DNA from: Clostridia bacterium
Lineage (GTDB): Bacteria; Bacillota; Clostridia; Oscillospirales; QAMX01
DNA length: 55,207 bases
Assembly (NCBI GenBank): GCA_017414715.1
Contig: JAFQKV010000061.1
Coordinates: forward strand, 1-55,207
Direction of reading: 5' to 3'
Positions 1 to 7,691 of this stretch are shown piece after piece. A program made the translations under genes and the position numbers. The first letter of the stretch is position 1. Every line of letters starts with the position of its first letter. Under the pieces are notes generated by a model. It saw only the letters and a list, made by a program, of their open reading frames with translations, did not search any database and was not told the DNA's origin.

Positions 1-104
1 ATAGTATATTTATGCCCAAAAGTAAAGCGACTCGTCAGCGACTTTGCAAACATATTTTTAACTAAAATCACTGCTTGGTTGGAAAAACAAATACAAAAAC
101 AATA

Positions 105-152
105 AACAATACCGCCGAGTGAGACTGAACCGTTTCTCTCGGCGGTATTGTT
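105..152 (-). terminator. intrinsic terminator downstream of the HAD hydrolase gene
   Basis: 15-nt inverted repeat AACAATACCGCCGAG (105-119) / CTCGGCGGTATTGTT (138-152). On the minus strand the hairpin is followed by a T-rich tract (complement of 81-104). Confidence 0.6.
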
Positions 153-209
153 ATTCATTTGATGGACCTGCTTTATGGTAGGTAGCCCAAGCGCTTCCTC
201 TTTGTGGAT

Positions 210-881
210 TTATTCCTTTGGGATCAGCCGTGCAAGGCTTTCGCCTTCGGCAATATATTCCATTGCGGTGGCGCGGAGCACCTCCTGACCGTAGTTATTG
301 CGGTCATAGATACCCACTGTGCGCATACCGATTCCGGCTGCCGTCTGTACGGCGAGGGCAGAGTCCTCAAACACGCAGATCTCCTCCGGTTTTGCCCCGA
401 GGTAATCGGCTGCGATCAGGAATACGTCAGGCTTATCCTTTCCTACCCCAAGGTCGGCGCAGGAGAAAAACGTTTCAAAATAGCCGTCGATACCGCAGTG
501 CCGCAGGGCCACCTCAAGGAGATCCCGCGAGGTAGCGGAGGCGATACACATACGCACACCGCGTTTTGAAAAATAAGCCAGCAGTTCCCGGACCCCGGGC
601 TTTGTTTCTACACGGTTTGCATAGAAATCCAGCATAATTTCATCCGATTCTGCCATCAGCGCCTCACCCGTGGCACCAAGACCATACTTTTCATGAGCAT
701 GCAGCATGGATGCAGCCACCGGCTGGGTACGGTAGGCACGGTCATCCGCCGGGTCGGGTCGGAAGGACGGATCGCCAAGATATTTTTCACCGAACATCGA
801 CCAGAAAAACTCCCAAAGTCCGAGGGAATCCACCAGCGTTCCGTCAAGATCGAAGATAGCCGCACGGATATCCCGGATCAT
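210..881 (-). CDS. HAD-IA family hydrolase (beta-phosphoglucomutase-like phosphatase)
   Basis: 223-aa ORF with HAD motifs FDLDGTLVDS (I), CIASATSR (II), GVGKDKPD (III) and FEDS (IV). Its ATG overlaps the stop of the upstream symporter gene (ATGA at 878-881). Confidence 0.85.
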   Translation of the reverse strand: MIRDIRAAIFDLDGTLVDSLGLWEFFWSMFGEKYLGDPSFRPDPADDRAYRTQPVAASMLHAHEKYGLGATGEALMAESDEIMLDFYANRVETKPGVRELLAYFSKRGVRMCIASATSRDLLEVALRHCGIDGYFETFFSCADLGVGKDKPDVFLIAADYLGAKPEEICVFEDSALAVQTAAGIGMRTVGIYDRNNYGQEVLRATAMEYIAEGESLARLIPKE

Positions 882-2431
882 TTACCGAATTCCTCTGCGA
901 GAGCACGCTCGGCTTCTGCCTGAAGCTCAGCATCATAGGAAAGCATAGGCGCAATCTTTTTTCCTTTGATGTTGCGGTCAACGTAGTTCTTGACAATCCT
1001 GAGGACCAGCGGGAAGAGGGCAAGAACACCGATAAGGTTGGGAATCATCATCAGGCCGTTGAAAGTGTCGGACAGATCCCAGGTCAGGCCGCCCTCGAGC
1101 ACCGCACCGGAGACGATCATAAGAACGAAGACTACCTTGAAGATCTTCACACCGACGGAACCGAAAAGGTACTCAACGGCCTTGGTTCCGTACTGGGACC
1201 AGCCAAGGACGGTGGTGAAGGCAAAGAAGAGCATGGCAATGGCGACAAACCAGGTACCGGGAGCGCCAAAGTACTGACCGAAAGCCGTAGACACAAGGGT
1301 ATCACCGTTGATACCGGCATTGGGAGCACCGGTGGCAAGGTCAATATAGCCGGTGGAGAGAACAACAACAGCGGTCATGGAGCAAACAACAAAGGTATCA
1401 AAGAAGACTTCGAAGATACCCCACATACCCTGCTTGACGGGCTCCTTGACGTTGGAGGAGGAATGAACCATAACGGAAGAACCGAGGCCGGCCTCGTTGG
1501 AGAAGACACCGCGCTTAAAGCCCTGGGTCATGGTCTTTTTGATAAGCATACCGATGCCGCCGCCGATGAAGGCTGCCGGCTGGAAGGCAAAACGGAAGAT
1601 GGACGCAAACATGGAACCGACCTTATCGATATTCATGACAAAAATCACAAGGCAGCCGATACAATAGATGACCGCCATGAAGGGAACGACGATCTCGGCA
1701 AACTTTGCAATGCGGCGCAGACCGCCGATGATGATCAAAGCTGCGAGAATAAGCAGCGCAAAGCCGAGAATGAGGTGGATGATGCTGATCTCGGTACCGG
1801 GAACAACGCCAAGAGAAACATTCTTAAAAAAAGCAGCATCCATATTCAGCACGATCTTGTTGATCTGTGCCATGTTGCCGATGCCGAAGGAGGCCAGGAT
1901 CGTAAAGCAGGCAAAGAGAACCGCGAGGATCTTGGAAGCCGGCTTAAGCCACGTCTTGCCATAGATCCTGCCAAGACCGTCAGTCAGATAGTACATCGGG
2001 CCGCCGGACCACTCACCCGCTGCATTCTTGCGGCGGAAATAGATACCCAGCAGGTTCTCAGAGAAGTTGGTCATCATGCCAAAGAAGGCGGCGACCCACA
2101 TCCAGAATACGGCACCGGGGCCGCCGGTAACGATAGCCGCCGCAACACCGGCGATATTACCGGTACCAACGGTGGCTGCCAAGGCAGCACAGAGCGCCTG
2201 GAACTGGGAGATGGATGTTTTGTCTGTCAGTCTGGTGCTGGCACTGTTCTTGTGAAAAATGCTGGCGATGGTCTCCTTCCACCAGTTGCCCACATGTCCG
2301 ATCTGGAAGAATTTCAAGCCGCAGGTCAGCAGAATGCCGGTGCCGATAAGCAGGATGAGGCCCGGCAGCCCCCAGACCGCACCGTTGACAGCATCATTGA
2401 CCGATTCAACGGCTTTCATAAAGTTTTCCAT
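878..2431 (-). CDS. alanine/glycine:cation (sodium) symporter, AGCS family
   Basis: Multi-TM ORF with the AGCS signature region ATVGTGNIAGVAAAIVTGGPGAVFWMW. I chose the ATG at 2431 (MENFMKAV...), preceded by GGAGGAAAAC, rather than the ORF-track start at 2479. A glycine riboswitch lies upstream. Confidence 0.9.
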   Translation of the reverse strand: MENFMKAVESVNDAVNGAVWGLPGLILLIGTGILLTCGLKFFQIGHVGNWWKETIASIFHKNSASTRLTDKTSISQFQALCAALAATVGTGNIAGVAAAIVTGGPGAVFWMWVAAFFGMMTNFSENLLGIYFRRKNAAGEWSGGPMYYLTDGLGRIYGKTWLKPASKILAVLFACFTILASFGIGNMAQINKIVLNMDAAFFKNVSLGVVPGTEISIIHLILGFALLILAALIIIGGLRRIAKFAEIVVPFMAVIYCIGCLVIFVMNIDKVGSMFASIFRFAFQPAAFIGGGIGMLIKKTMTQGFKRGVFSNEAGLGSSVMVHSSSNVKEPVKQGMWGIFEVFFDTFVVCSMTAVVVLSTGYIDLATGAPNAGINGDTLVSTAFGQYFGAPGTWFVAIAMLFFAFTTVLGWSQYGTKAVEYLFGSVGVKIFKVVFVLMIVSGAVLEGGLTWDLSDTFNGLMMIPNLIGVLALFPLVLRIVKNYVDRNIKGKKIAPMLSYDAELQAEAERALAEEFGK

Positions 2432-2450
2432 ACGTTTTCCTCCGAAACAA

Positions 2451-2487
2451 TAAAAAAATGACGAACCGCGAAACAACACGATTCGTC
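2451..2487 (-). terminator. terminator hairpin forming the expression platform of the glycine riboswitch
   Basis: Minus strand GACGAATCG-N-CGGTTCGTC (9 bp with one G-U) followed by ATTTTTTTATT. It sits between the aptamers and the symporter RBS. Confidence 0.7.
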
Positions 2488-2518
2488 ACAAAAAGACAAC
2501 ACAAACAACGAAATTCGA

Positions 2519-2685
2519 CTTTGTCCTTTTGCCTGAGAGTTTGGCGTGTTGAAACGCTTGCACCTTCGGCCCCCAAGTGAATGGGTGTCTCCAAAGCTCT
2601 GTCCGTGTTCAGTCCTCATCCCCTAAGGGACACCTGAGAGCATGACTCCTTCGGCTGCGGTATGCCGCAATTTCCTGAGACACAT
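2519..2685 (-). promoter_or_regulatory. glycine riboswitch: one canonical aptamer preceded by a second, more divergent aptamer-like element
   Basis: Minus strand, 3' aptamer (2596-2519): CTTTGGAGA...GGCCGAAGGTGCAA...CTCTCAGGCAAAAGGACAAAG. This matches the conserved GGAGA / CCGAAGG-GCAA / CUCUCAGGCAAAAGGAC cores with a CTTTG/CAAAG P1. The 5' element (about 2685-2608) reads CTCAGGAAA...CAGCCGAAGGAGTCA...CTCTCAGGTG...TGAGGACTG. AGCS transporters are a classic downstream gene for this riboswitch class. Confidence 0.8.
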
Positions 2686-2750
2686 CATACAGAATATGAA
2701 ATTAACGAGGATAGTCTATCACATATGTCCGCTAAATGCAAGTATATCTT

Positions 2751-3284
2751 TCAATATCTGTAAATGCTGTATCTTTTCCCCAGAACGTGCGCCATGCAGC
2801 GCCGCAGCTCGGACATATCCTCATCGGAGAGCGTTGCACGGTCAACGATAAAGGTCTGATTCTTCGTCTGGAACAGGTACAGATATGCTTTTGTTTCCAC
2901 AACACGCACCAGTGCAGAATAAGAAATGTGCGCCTCTGCCTTCTGGCTTGCGCCGTCAGTTGTTACAACAAAATCTGTTTCACGGAAGACGAAGCGGTTC
3001 TCCGCATCACGCAGATCCGCCATATTTCTGTACTGGATGCGGGGAAAGATGAAAAAAATCACCAGCTCAAGACACAGCCCTACCGCACAAACAGTCAGCA
3101 GCACGGCAATGAAGGAATCAAATCCGCGGCCAAAGCCCAGCGCAATACAGACCCCCGCAACAAATCCGTAGGCAATCAGCATCAGCACCAGATGAAGCAC
3201 GGGTGTGGTCTTTTTCACGCGGAACATACGGCAAAGAGACGCAACGGTTTTCAGATCATATCTGCTGGACGCATGAATTTCCAT
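2751..3284 (-). CDS. YcxB-like membrane protein (two TM helices plus C-terminal YcxB-type domain)
   Basis: 177-aa ORF. RBS AAGGGGTG lies 6 nt before the ATG. Two hydrophobic helices (residues about 30-85) are followed by a soluble tail resembling the YcxB family. Confidence 0.65.
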   Translation of the reverse strand: MEIHASSRYDLKTVASLCRMFRVKKTTPVLHLVLMLIAYGFVAGVCIALGFGRGFDSFIAVLLTVCAVGLCLELVIFFIFPRIQYRNMADLRDAENRFVFRETDFVVTTDGASQKAEAHISYSALVRVVETKAYLYLFQTKNQTFIVDRATLSDEDMSELRRCMAHVLGKRYSIYRY

Positions 3285-3305
3285 ATATACACCCCTTTTG
3301 CGAGC

Positions 3306-4208
3306 TTATTCTTCGAAGCAGCCGTAGGCCTCAAGGGTCACACGACCGATCTCATAGAGAAGGTTCTCTTCTCTGATTCGAAGTTCCAGAGGGAATTTGC
3401 GAAGCTTCTCTTCCCCATTAAAGGCACGGCGGTTCTTTTCACTGCCCACAAAGGAGGAAAGTGCCTCAAAGGTAAAATAACCTGTATAACCGATCTGCTG
3501 CAGCCCGTGCATAAGGCTATCCATATTCAGCGTTCCGCACATCGGCACAAGATGAGTATCATGATCCCCCATATTATCCTGAATATGCAGCGCACGAACA
3601 TGACTTCCAAGGATCGCAAGCTCCTCATGCTGAGGCATGTCCTGCAGATTTCCGTGGCCAGCATCCCACACGGCATGGAAGTTCGGATGGCCGATGTACT
3701 CAATGAGTCCGCGAAGATCGCTGGCATTGTCTATCCAGTACATGCCCGGAACGCACATCTTGTTGAAATTCTCGACGAGCACGTTGACGCCGCACTCGGC
3801 AGCGGCGGTAAGCAGCGGTGCGTAGAACTCCGCGTTGCGCGCATAAGTCTCGGCTATGCTGATACCGGGCAGGTAGCCGGAATGGATCACGAGATTCGGG
3901 ATCCCAAGCTCACCGCAGGCATGCACGCAGCGCATGGTATCAGCAAGAAAGCTGCCGTCGGGATCGTCCAGAGGCTTGCCCATGGGCGCATGCGCCTGCA
4001 CAAGACCCATATCAAGTTCCTTTGCCCGGGCGCAAAGGGCCGCGCAGTAGGACCTCCAGTCCTCACTGTAAATACCGATCCGACGGAAATGATCTTTCCC
4101 GAAGTTGATGTCCGCGTACCGGAAACCGGCTTCGCGGATATATCCGATGGCTTCAATGGCATCGGCGGCATACGCGCCGAAATCGCCTGTTGTTGTCGCA
4201 AGTTTCAT
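3306..4208 (-). CDS. sugar phosphate isomerase/epimerase (xylose-isomerase-like TIM barrel)
   Basis: 300-aa ORF with RBS GGAGGAGAAGCC before the ATG. Pattern is typical of the AP-endonuclease-2 / xylose-isomerase-like barrel (LVIHSG, VLVENF, WDAGHGN, LHIQDN). Confidence 0.85.
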   Translation of the reverse strand: MKLATTTGDFGAYAADAIEAIGYIREAGFRYADINFGKDHFRRIGIYSEDWRSYCAALCARAKELDMGLVQAHAPMGKPLDDPDGSFLADTMRCVHACGELGIPNLVIHSGYLPGISIAETYARNAEFYAPLLTAAAECGVNVLVENFNKMCVPGMYWIDNASDLRGLIEYIGHPNFHAVWDAGHGNLQDMPQHEELAILGSHVRALHIQDNMGDHDTHLVPMCGTLNMDSLMHGLQQIGYTGYFTFEALSSFVGSEKNRRAFNGEEKLRKFPLELRIREENLLYEIGRVTLEAYGCFEE

Positions 4209-4310
4209 GGCTTCTCCTCCGCGGATATTTCTTCCGTATCATTATAACATCCGACACAGAATACAGCAAGAACAATATTGACAAATTCTGTGATCGACAG
4301 GTGCGGTTCT

Positions 4311-4892
4311 TCAGTTTGCCGCCGGGATGCGCACAAAAAACTCTACGTGTCCGTCACGGCAATTCACGCCGATATGTCCTTTATGCGACTCTGCAATTGC
4401 CTTGGCAATGGCAAGTCCCAGACCGTAATGACCGTCCTCGCCCGTTCTGGCAGCGTCCACCCGATAAAACCGTTCAAATATCTGTTCCCGATGCTCAATT
4501 GGGATTTCGCCCCCTTTGTTGATGACCGAAAGCCTGACGTGGCCATGTTCTCTGCCAAGCATCAGGCGTATATCGCCGTCTTCCGTGCTGTGCCGGATCG
4601 CGTTATCAAGCAGAATGGAAACAAGCTGCTTGAGCTGTGTACTGTTTCCGTCAACAAATATCCCGTCACAAATATCAGCGTGCAGCGTCAAGCCTTTTTC
4701 ATAAACAACGCTTTCAAAGGGAAGCATCTCACCGGAGGCTATCCTGCTGAAATTGACACACTCGGTCTGCGGTACAATGTTTTCCGTTCTTGCAAGCTCC
4801 AGAAGCTGTCCCACGAGCAGCCCCATCCGCTCATTCTCATACTGAATGTTTGCAAGCCAGCGGTTTTCTCCAATCTCCCGCGAAAGCAGCAC
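4311..4892 (-). pseudogene. sensor histidine kinase remnant: C-terminal half of the DHp helix plus the HATPase_c domain, with no TM/sensor region and no H-box
   Basis: The ORF opens directly after an in-frame TAA, and its only start is a GTG at the ORF edge. The product begins in DHp helix 2 (ENERMGLLVGQLLELAR). It carries N-box (LLDNAIRHS), G1 (NKGGEIP) and G2 (GLGLAIAKAI) motifs, but the phospho-accepting His region is absent. Confidence 0.7.
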
Positions 4893-4914
4893 AAGATTGA
4901 AATAAGATTGAAAT
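4893..4914. repeat. perfect tandem duplication of an 11-nt unit (AAGATTGAAAT x2) abutting the 5' truncation point of the kinase remnant
   Basis: 4893-4903 and 4904-4914 are identical. The repeat is immediately adjacent to the first codon of the remnant (4890-4892). Confidence 0.9.
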
Positions 4915-4954
4915 TACGGGCTCACGGTCAAGTGTTACCGTTAGTTAATAAACA

Positions 4955-4991
4955 GAAAAAATGACAGCACCACGTATTGCAGCACTGTCAT
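4955..4991 (-). terminator. intrinsic terminator of the Spo0A-family gene
   Basis: Minus strand ATGACAGTGC-N11-GTGCTGTCAT (10 bp including two G-U pairs) followed by TTTTTTC, 20 nt after the stop at 5011. Confidence 0.7.
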
Positions 4992-5010
4992 TTCAAAAAA
5001 GTTCCTTGTT

Positions 5011-5772
5011 TCAGCGAACCATACGGCCGTTCATATTCAACCGTTCCGCCGTTGCGGCAATGAATTCGGAGTTGGTGGGCTTGCCGCGGTCACCGTCGTT
5101 TCCGTAGCCCAGAAGCTGCCGCAAAAAGCCGGTCTCTCCCCGCTCCCAGCCGATACCGATGGCGTGGCGCCTGGCGCGCTCCACCCGCTGGGAGGTCGTG
5201 GAATATGCGTAGGCAATGCGGGGATAAAGCCGCTTCGTAACGGCATTGATGAGTTCCGGATCAAGAGATACGCACCGGATCCCTTCCCGCAGATACTGAT
5301 AACCCTTCAGATGTGCCGGAATACCCGCCCGCTGCAGCATCGCAGAAACCTCGCAGAAGCTGCGGCTGACGGTATTGCAGGCAGGAGCAAAGCAGCAATG
5401 CTGCAGGAAGATATTCTCCAGCCGCTCCACGAGCATTTCCGGATGGAACGGCTTTGCGATGACACAGTCCGCACCAACCGTTTCCGCGGCATTGTAGGAT
5501 TCGCTGTCCGGATAGGCTAAAAATACAACCGCTGTTGCTCGCTCTCCCCCGCGGCGCATTTCCTTCAGCACGGAGATTCCGTCCATTCGTGCAAGATCGG
5601 AATCCAGCAGCAAAATATCCGGCGGGTTTCGCCGTGCTTCCGCCAGAACACTCGGCCCGTCGCCCGCAGGCACAGAGACTGCGACCTCCAGATAAGGACT
5701 GGCGGAAAGCGCCTGCGCGAGAAGATCTCCCACAACGCTTGACGGCGCGCCGATCAGTACGCTTGCTTTCAT
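5011..5772 (-). CDS. spo0A: Spo0A-family response regulator with an atypical (degenerate) receiver domain
   Basis: The C-terminal domain carries the Spo0A signature: GIPAHLKGYQYLREGI, VTKRLYPRIA, TTSQRVERARRHAIGIGW and GKPTNSEFIA. Start chosen at the ATG at 5772 (MKASVLIG...), preceded by AAAGGGA. The receiver keeps LLLDSD...MDG and AKPF but reads GAPS where Spo0A has ADDN. Confidence 0.85.
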   Translation of the reverse strand: MKASVLIGAPSSVVGDLLAQALSASPYLEVAVSVPAGDGPSVLAEARRNPPDILLLDSDLARMDGISVLKEMRRGGERATAVVFLAYPDSESYNAAETVGADCVIAKPFHPEMLVERLENIFLQHCCFAPACNTVSRSFCEVSAMLQRAGIPAHLKGYQYLREGIRCVSLDPELINAVTKRLYPRIAYAYSTTSQRVERARRHAIGIGWERGETGFLRQLLGYGNDGDRGKPTNSEFIAATAERLNMNGRMVR

Positions 5773-5806
5773 TTTTTTCAAATCCCTTTCACTTTCTTGT
5801 GACAAA

Positions 5807-5835
5807 ACTATACCACAACCAAAAGACGCTTTCAA
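5807..5835 (-). promoter_or_regulatory. candidate sigma-A promoter of the Spo0A-family gene
   Basis: Minus strand TTGAAA (5835-5830), 17-nt spacer, TATAGT (5812-5807), about 35 nt upstream of the start codon. Confidence 0.5.
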
Positions 5836-5882
5836 TAAATGAAACGGACTTGTTGTAAATCTTTGAGAATTTTCATGAGTTT

Positions 5883-5923
5883 TTCGACATTTTTTCCTTA
5901 TATTGTGCATGCATATTTCGACA
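5883..5923 (-). promoter_or_regulatory. two perfect 0A boxes (TGTCGAA) in direct orientation upstream of the Spo0A-family gene
   Basis: Minus-strand TGTCGAA at 5889-5883 and at 5923-5917, 34 nt start to start. A 6/7 copy (TGTCGAC) is on the plus strand at 5953-5959. Confidence 0.55.
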
Positions 5924-5980
5924 AAGCACAACATACGGAAAAGGACAGATTATGTCGACGAAAGTCACTTTCCGTCGGAA

Positions 5981-6715
5981 TCAGTCAAAAAGTGTTGATT
6001 TACGTTCTTTGACGGAGGCCAGCCACTTTTCCAGACGGTCACGATCCGCATTGATAACCAGCTCTTCGGGTAAACCTACCGTCTCGATCATACGGATACA
6101 GTTTGCGGATGCTCCGACGCTGCGGGCATAGTGGGAATCCGACCCGATCATCACCGGAACACCGTACTTTCCGCAGGCCTCGCAGATCTCATAGCACTTT
6201 TTATCGTGTGCGGGTTTTCCCAGGCTGGACTCGTTGAATTCCACCGTCTTCCCGCCGTCACGGAAGGCGCGGATGACCGTATCCGTTTCAAAATCGAAGC
6301 GGTCAGGGTCGCGGCCACAATGGCCGATAATATCCACCGCGGGATCCTCTGCGATTCCGCACCAGGTGCTGGTCACCGTCAGACGGTCGGCAGCCCAGAG
6401 GCTGTTCCTGTGAAGACTTGCAATGACATAATCAAGATTTTTCATATACCTGCGCTGCATGAAGATCTTTCCGCGCCAATCGCTGATATCGGACTCAACA
6501 CCGCGAAGCACGCGCACGCCGTAGCTTTCCGTCAGCCAATTGTTCATTTTTTCAAAGTAAGCCATGGGGACACCGTCAGGACATGCCTGTGTATGTTCGG
6601 AGATGCCGACCGCCCAGAGACCGCGCTCCTTTGCCCGCAGGATGAGTTCCTGACGGGTGCAGTGGCCGTGGGGGCAGGCAGAAGTGTGCGTATGCAGATC
6701 CGCTACCGTTTTCAT
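5981..6715 (-). CDS. PHP-domain metal-dependent phosphoesterase
   Basis: 244-aa ORF. N-terminal DLHTHT..HG motif, later GISEHT and IGSDSH, all typical of the PHP family. The ATG overlaps the hprK stop (ATGA at 6712-6715). Confidence 0.8.
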   Translation of the reverse strand: MKTVADLHTHTSACPHGHCTRQELILRAKERGLWAVGISEHTQACPDGVPMAYFEKMNNWLTESYGVRVLRGVESDISDWRGKIFMQRRYMKNLDYVIASLHRNSLWAADRLTVTSTWCGIAEDPAVDIIGHCGRDPDRFDFETDTVIRAFRDGGKTVEFNESSLGKPAHDKKCYEICEACGKYGVPVMIGSDSHYARSVGASANCIRMIETVGLPEELVINADRDRLEKWLASVKERKSTLFD

Positions 6716-7659
6716 TGCATTCCACTCTCCCGCTTCATATCATTCATAATGCGCTCCGTCAGTTCTTCGGCGGCGTTAAAGCCCATCTTGCGGTTACGGT
6801 GGTTCATTGCGGCAACCTCAATGATCATGGCCAGATTTCGACCGGGCTTGACGGGAACGGTGATGGACGGCACCTTGATCCCCAGAATATCCATCTGTTC
6901 GTTGGTAAGGCCCAAACGGTCATAGACCTTCTGTTCGTTCCATGTCTCCATCTGGATAACGAGATTGATATTCTCCGTCACCTTAACGGCACCCATACCG
7001 AAAAGGCGGCGCACATCAACAACACCGATGCCGCGCAGCTCAATGAAGTAACGGATGTTTTCAGGAGCCGAGCCGACGAGAGAGCGGGAGGATACACGCT
7101 TGATCTCCACGGCATCGTCCGCGATAAGGCGATGGCCTCGCTTGACCAGTTCAATCGCAGTTTCGCTCTTACCGATACCGGAATCACCGAGCAGCAGCAC
7201 GCCCTCGCCGTACACCTCCACAAGAACACCGTGGAGCGTCGTGCGGGGTGCAAGCTGTACCTTCAGGTAGGAAATGAGAGATGCCAGGATCTCCGCGGTG
7301 TCATGCACGGTGGAAAGCACAGGAATACCGTGCTTCTCCGCCATTTCTATACATTCACGATAGGGCTCCAGTCCCTGCGCGATAAGCACGGCAGGGATCT
7401 TTTGAGAGAACAGCTTATCAAAGCTCTCTCTTCGGGCTTCCTCCGTAAAGCTTTTGAGGTAGGTGGTCTCAATACGGCCGATAAGCTGGATACGCGTATT
7501 GGAAAAATACTCGTAAAACCCCGCCAGCGGCAGTCCGGGACGGTTGATATCCGCCGCCTCGATGCGGATATTCCGGTATCCCTCCGGAGCATACTTGACC
7601 TCAAAGCCAAATTCATCGCACAGCTCACCCAAGGTTATGGTGTGAATTTTCCCGTTCAT
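6712..7659 (-). CDS. hprK: HPr kinase/phosphorylase
   Basis: 315 aa. Walker A GDSGIGKSETAIELVKRGHRLIADD and the HprK signature IELRGIGVVDV. RBS GGAGGAGGAG upstream. Confidence 0.95.
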   Translation of the reverse strand: MNGKIHTITLGELCDEFGFEVKYAPEGYRNIRIEAADINRPGLPLAGFYEYFSNTRIQLIGRIETTYLKSFTEEARRESFDKLFSQKIPAVLIAQGLEPYRECIEMAEKHGIPVLSTVHDTAEILASLISYLKVQLAPRTTLHGVLVEVYGEGVLLLGDSGIGKSETAIELVKRGHRLIADDAVEIKRVSSRSLVGSAPENIRYFIELRGIGVVDVRRLFGMGAVKVTENINLVIQMETWNEQKVYDRLGLTNEQMDILGIKVPSITVPVKPGRNLAMIIEVAAMNHRNRKMGFNAAEELTERIMNDMKRESGMQ

Positions 7660-7691
7660 ATTTCTCCTCCTCCGAAATAGGAAGCATGGGT

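Noticed and set aside
5840-5900. A possible sigma-H type promoter (AAGGAAAAA … GAAAAT) upstream of the Spo0A-family gene.
   Set aside because: The spacing between the AGGA and GAAT-like elements is about 20 nt, well outside what I remember for sigma-H promoters.
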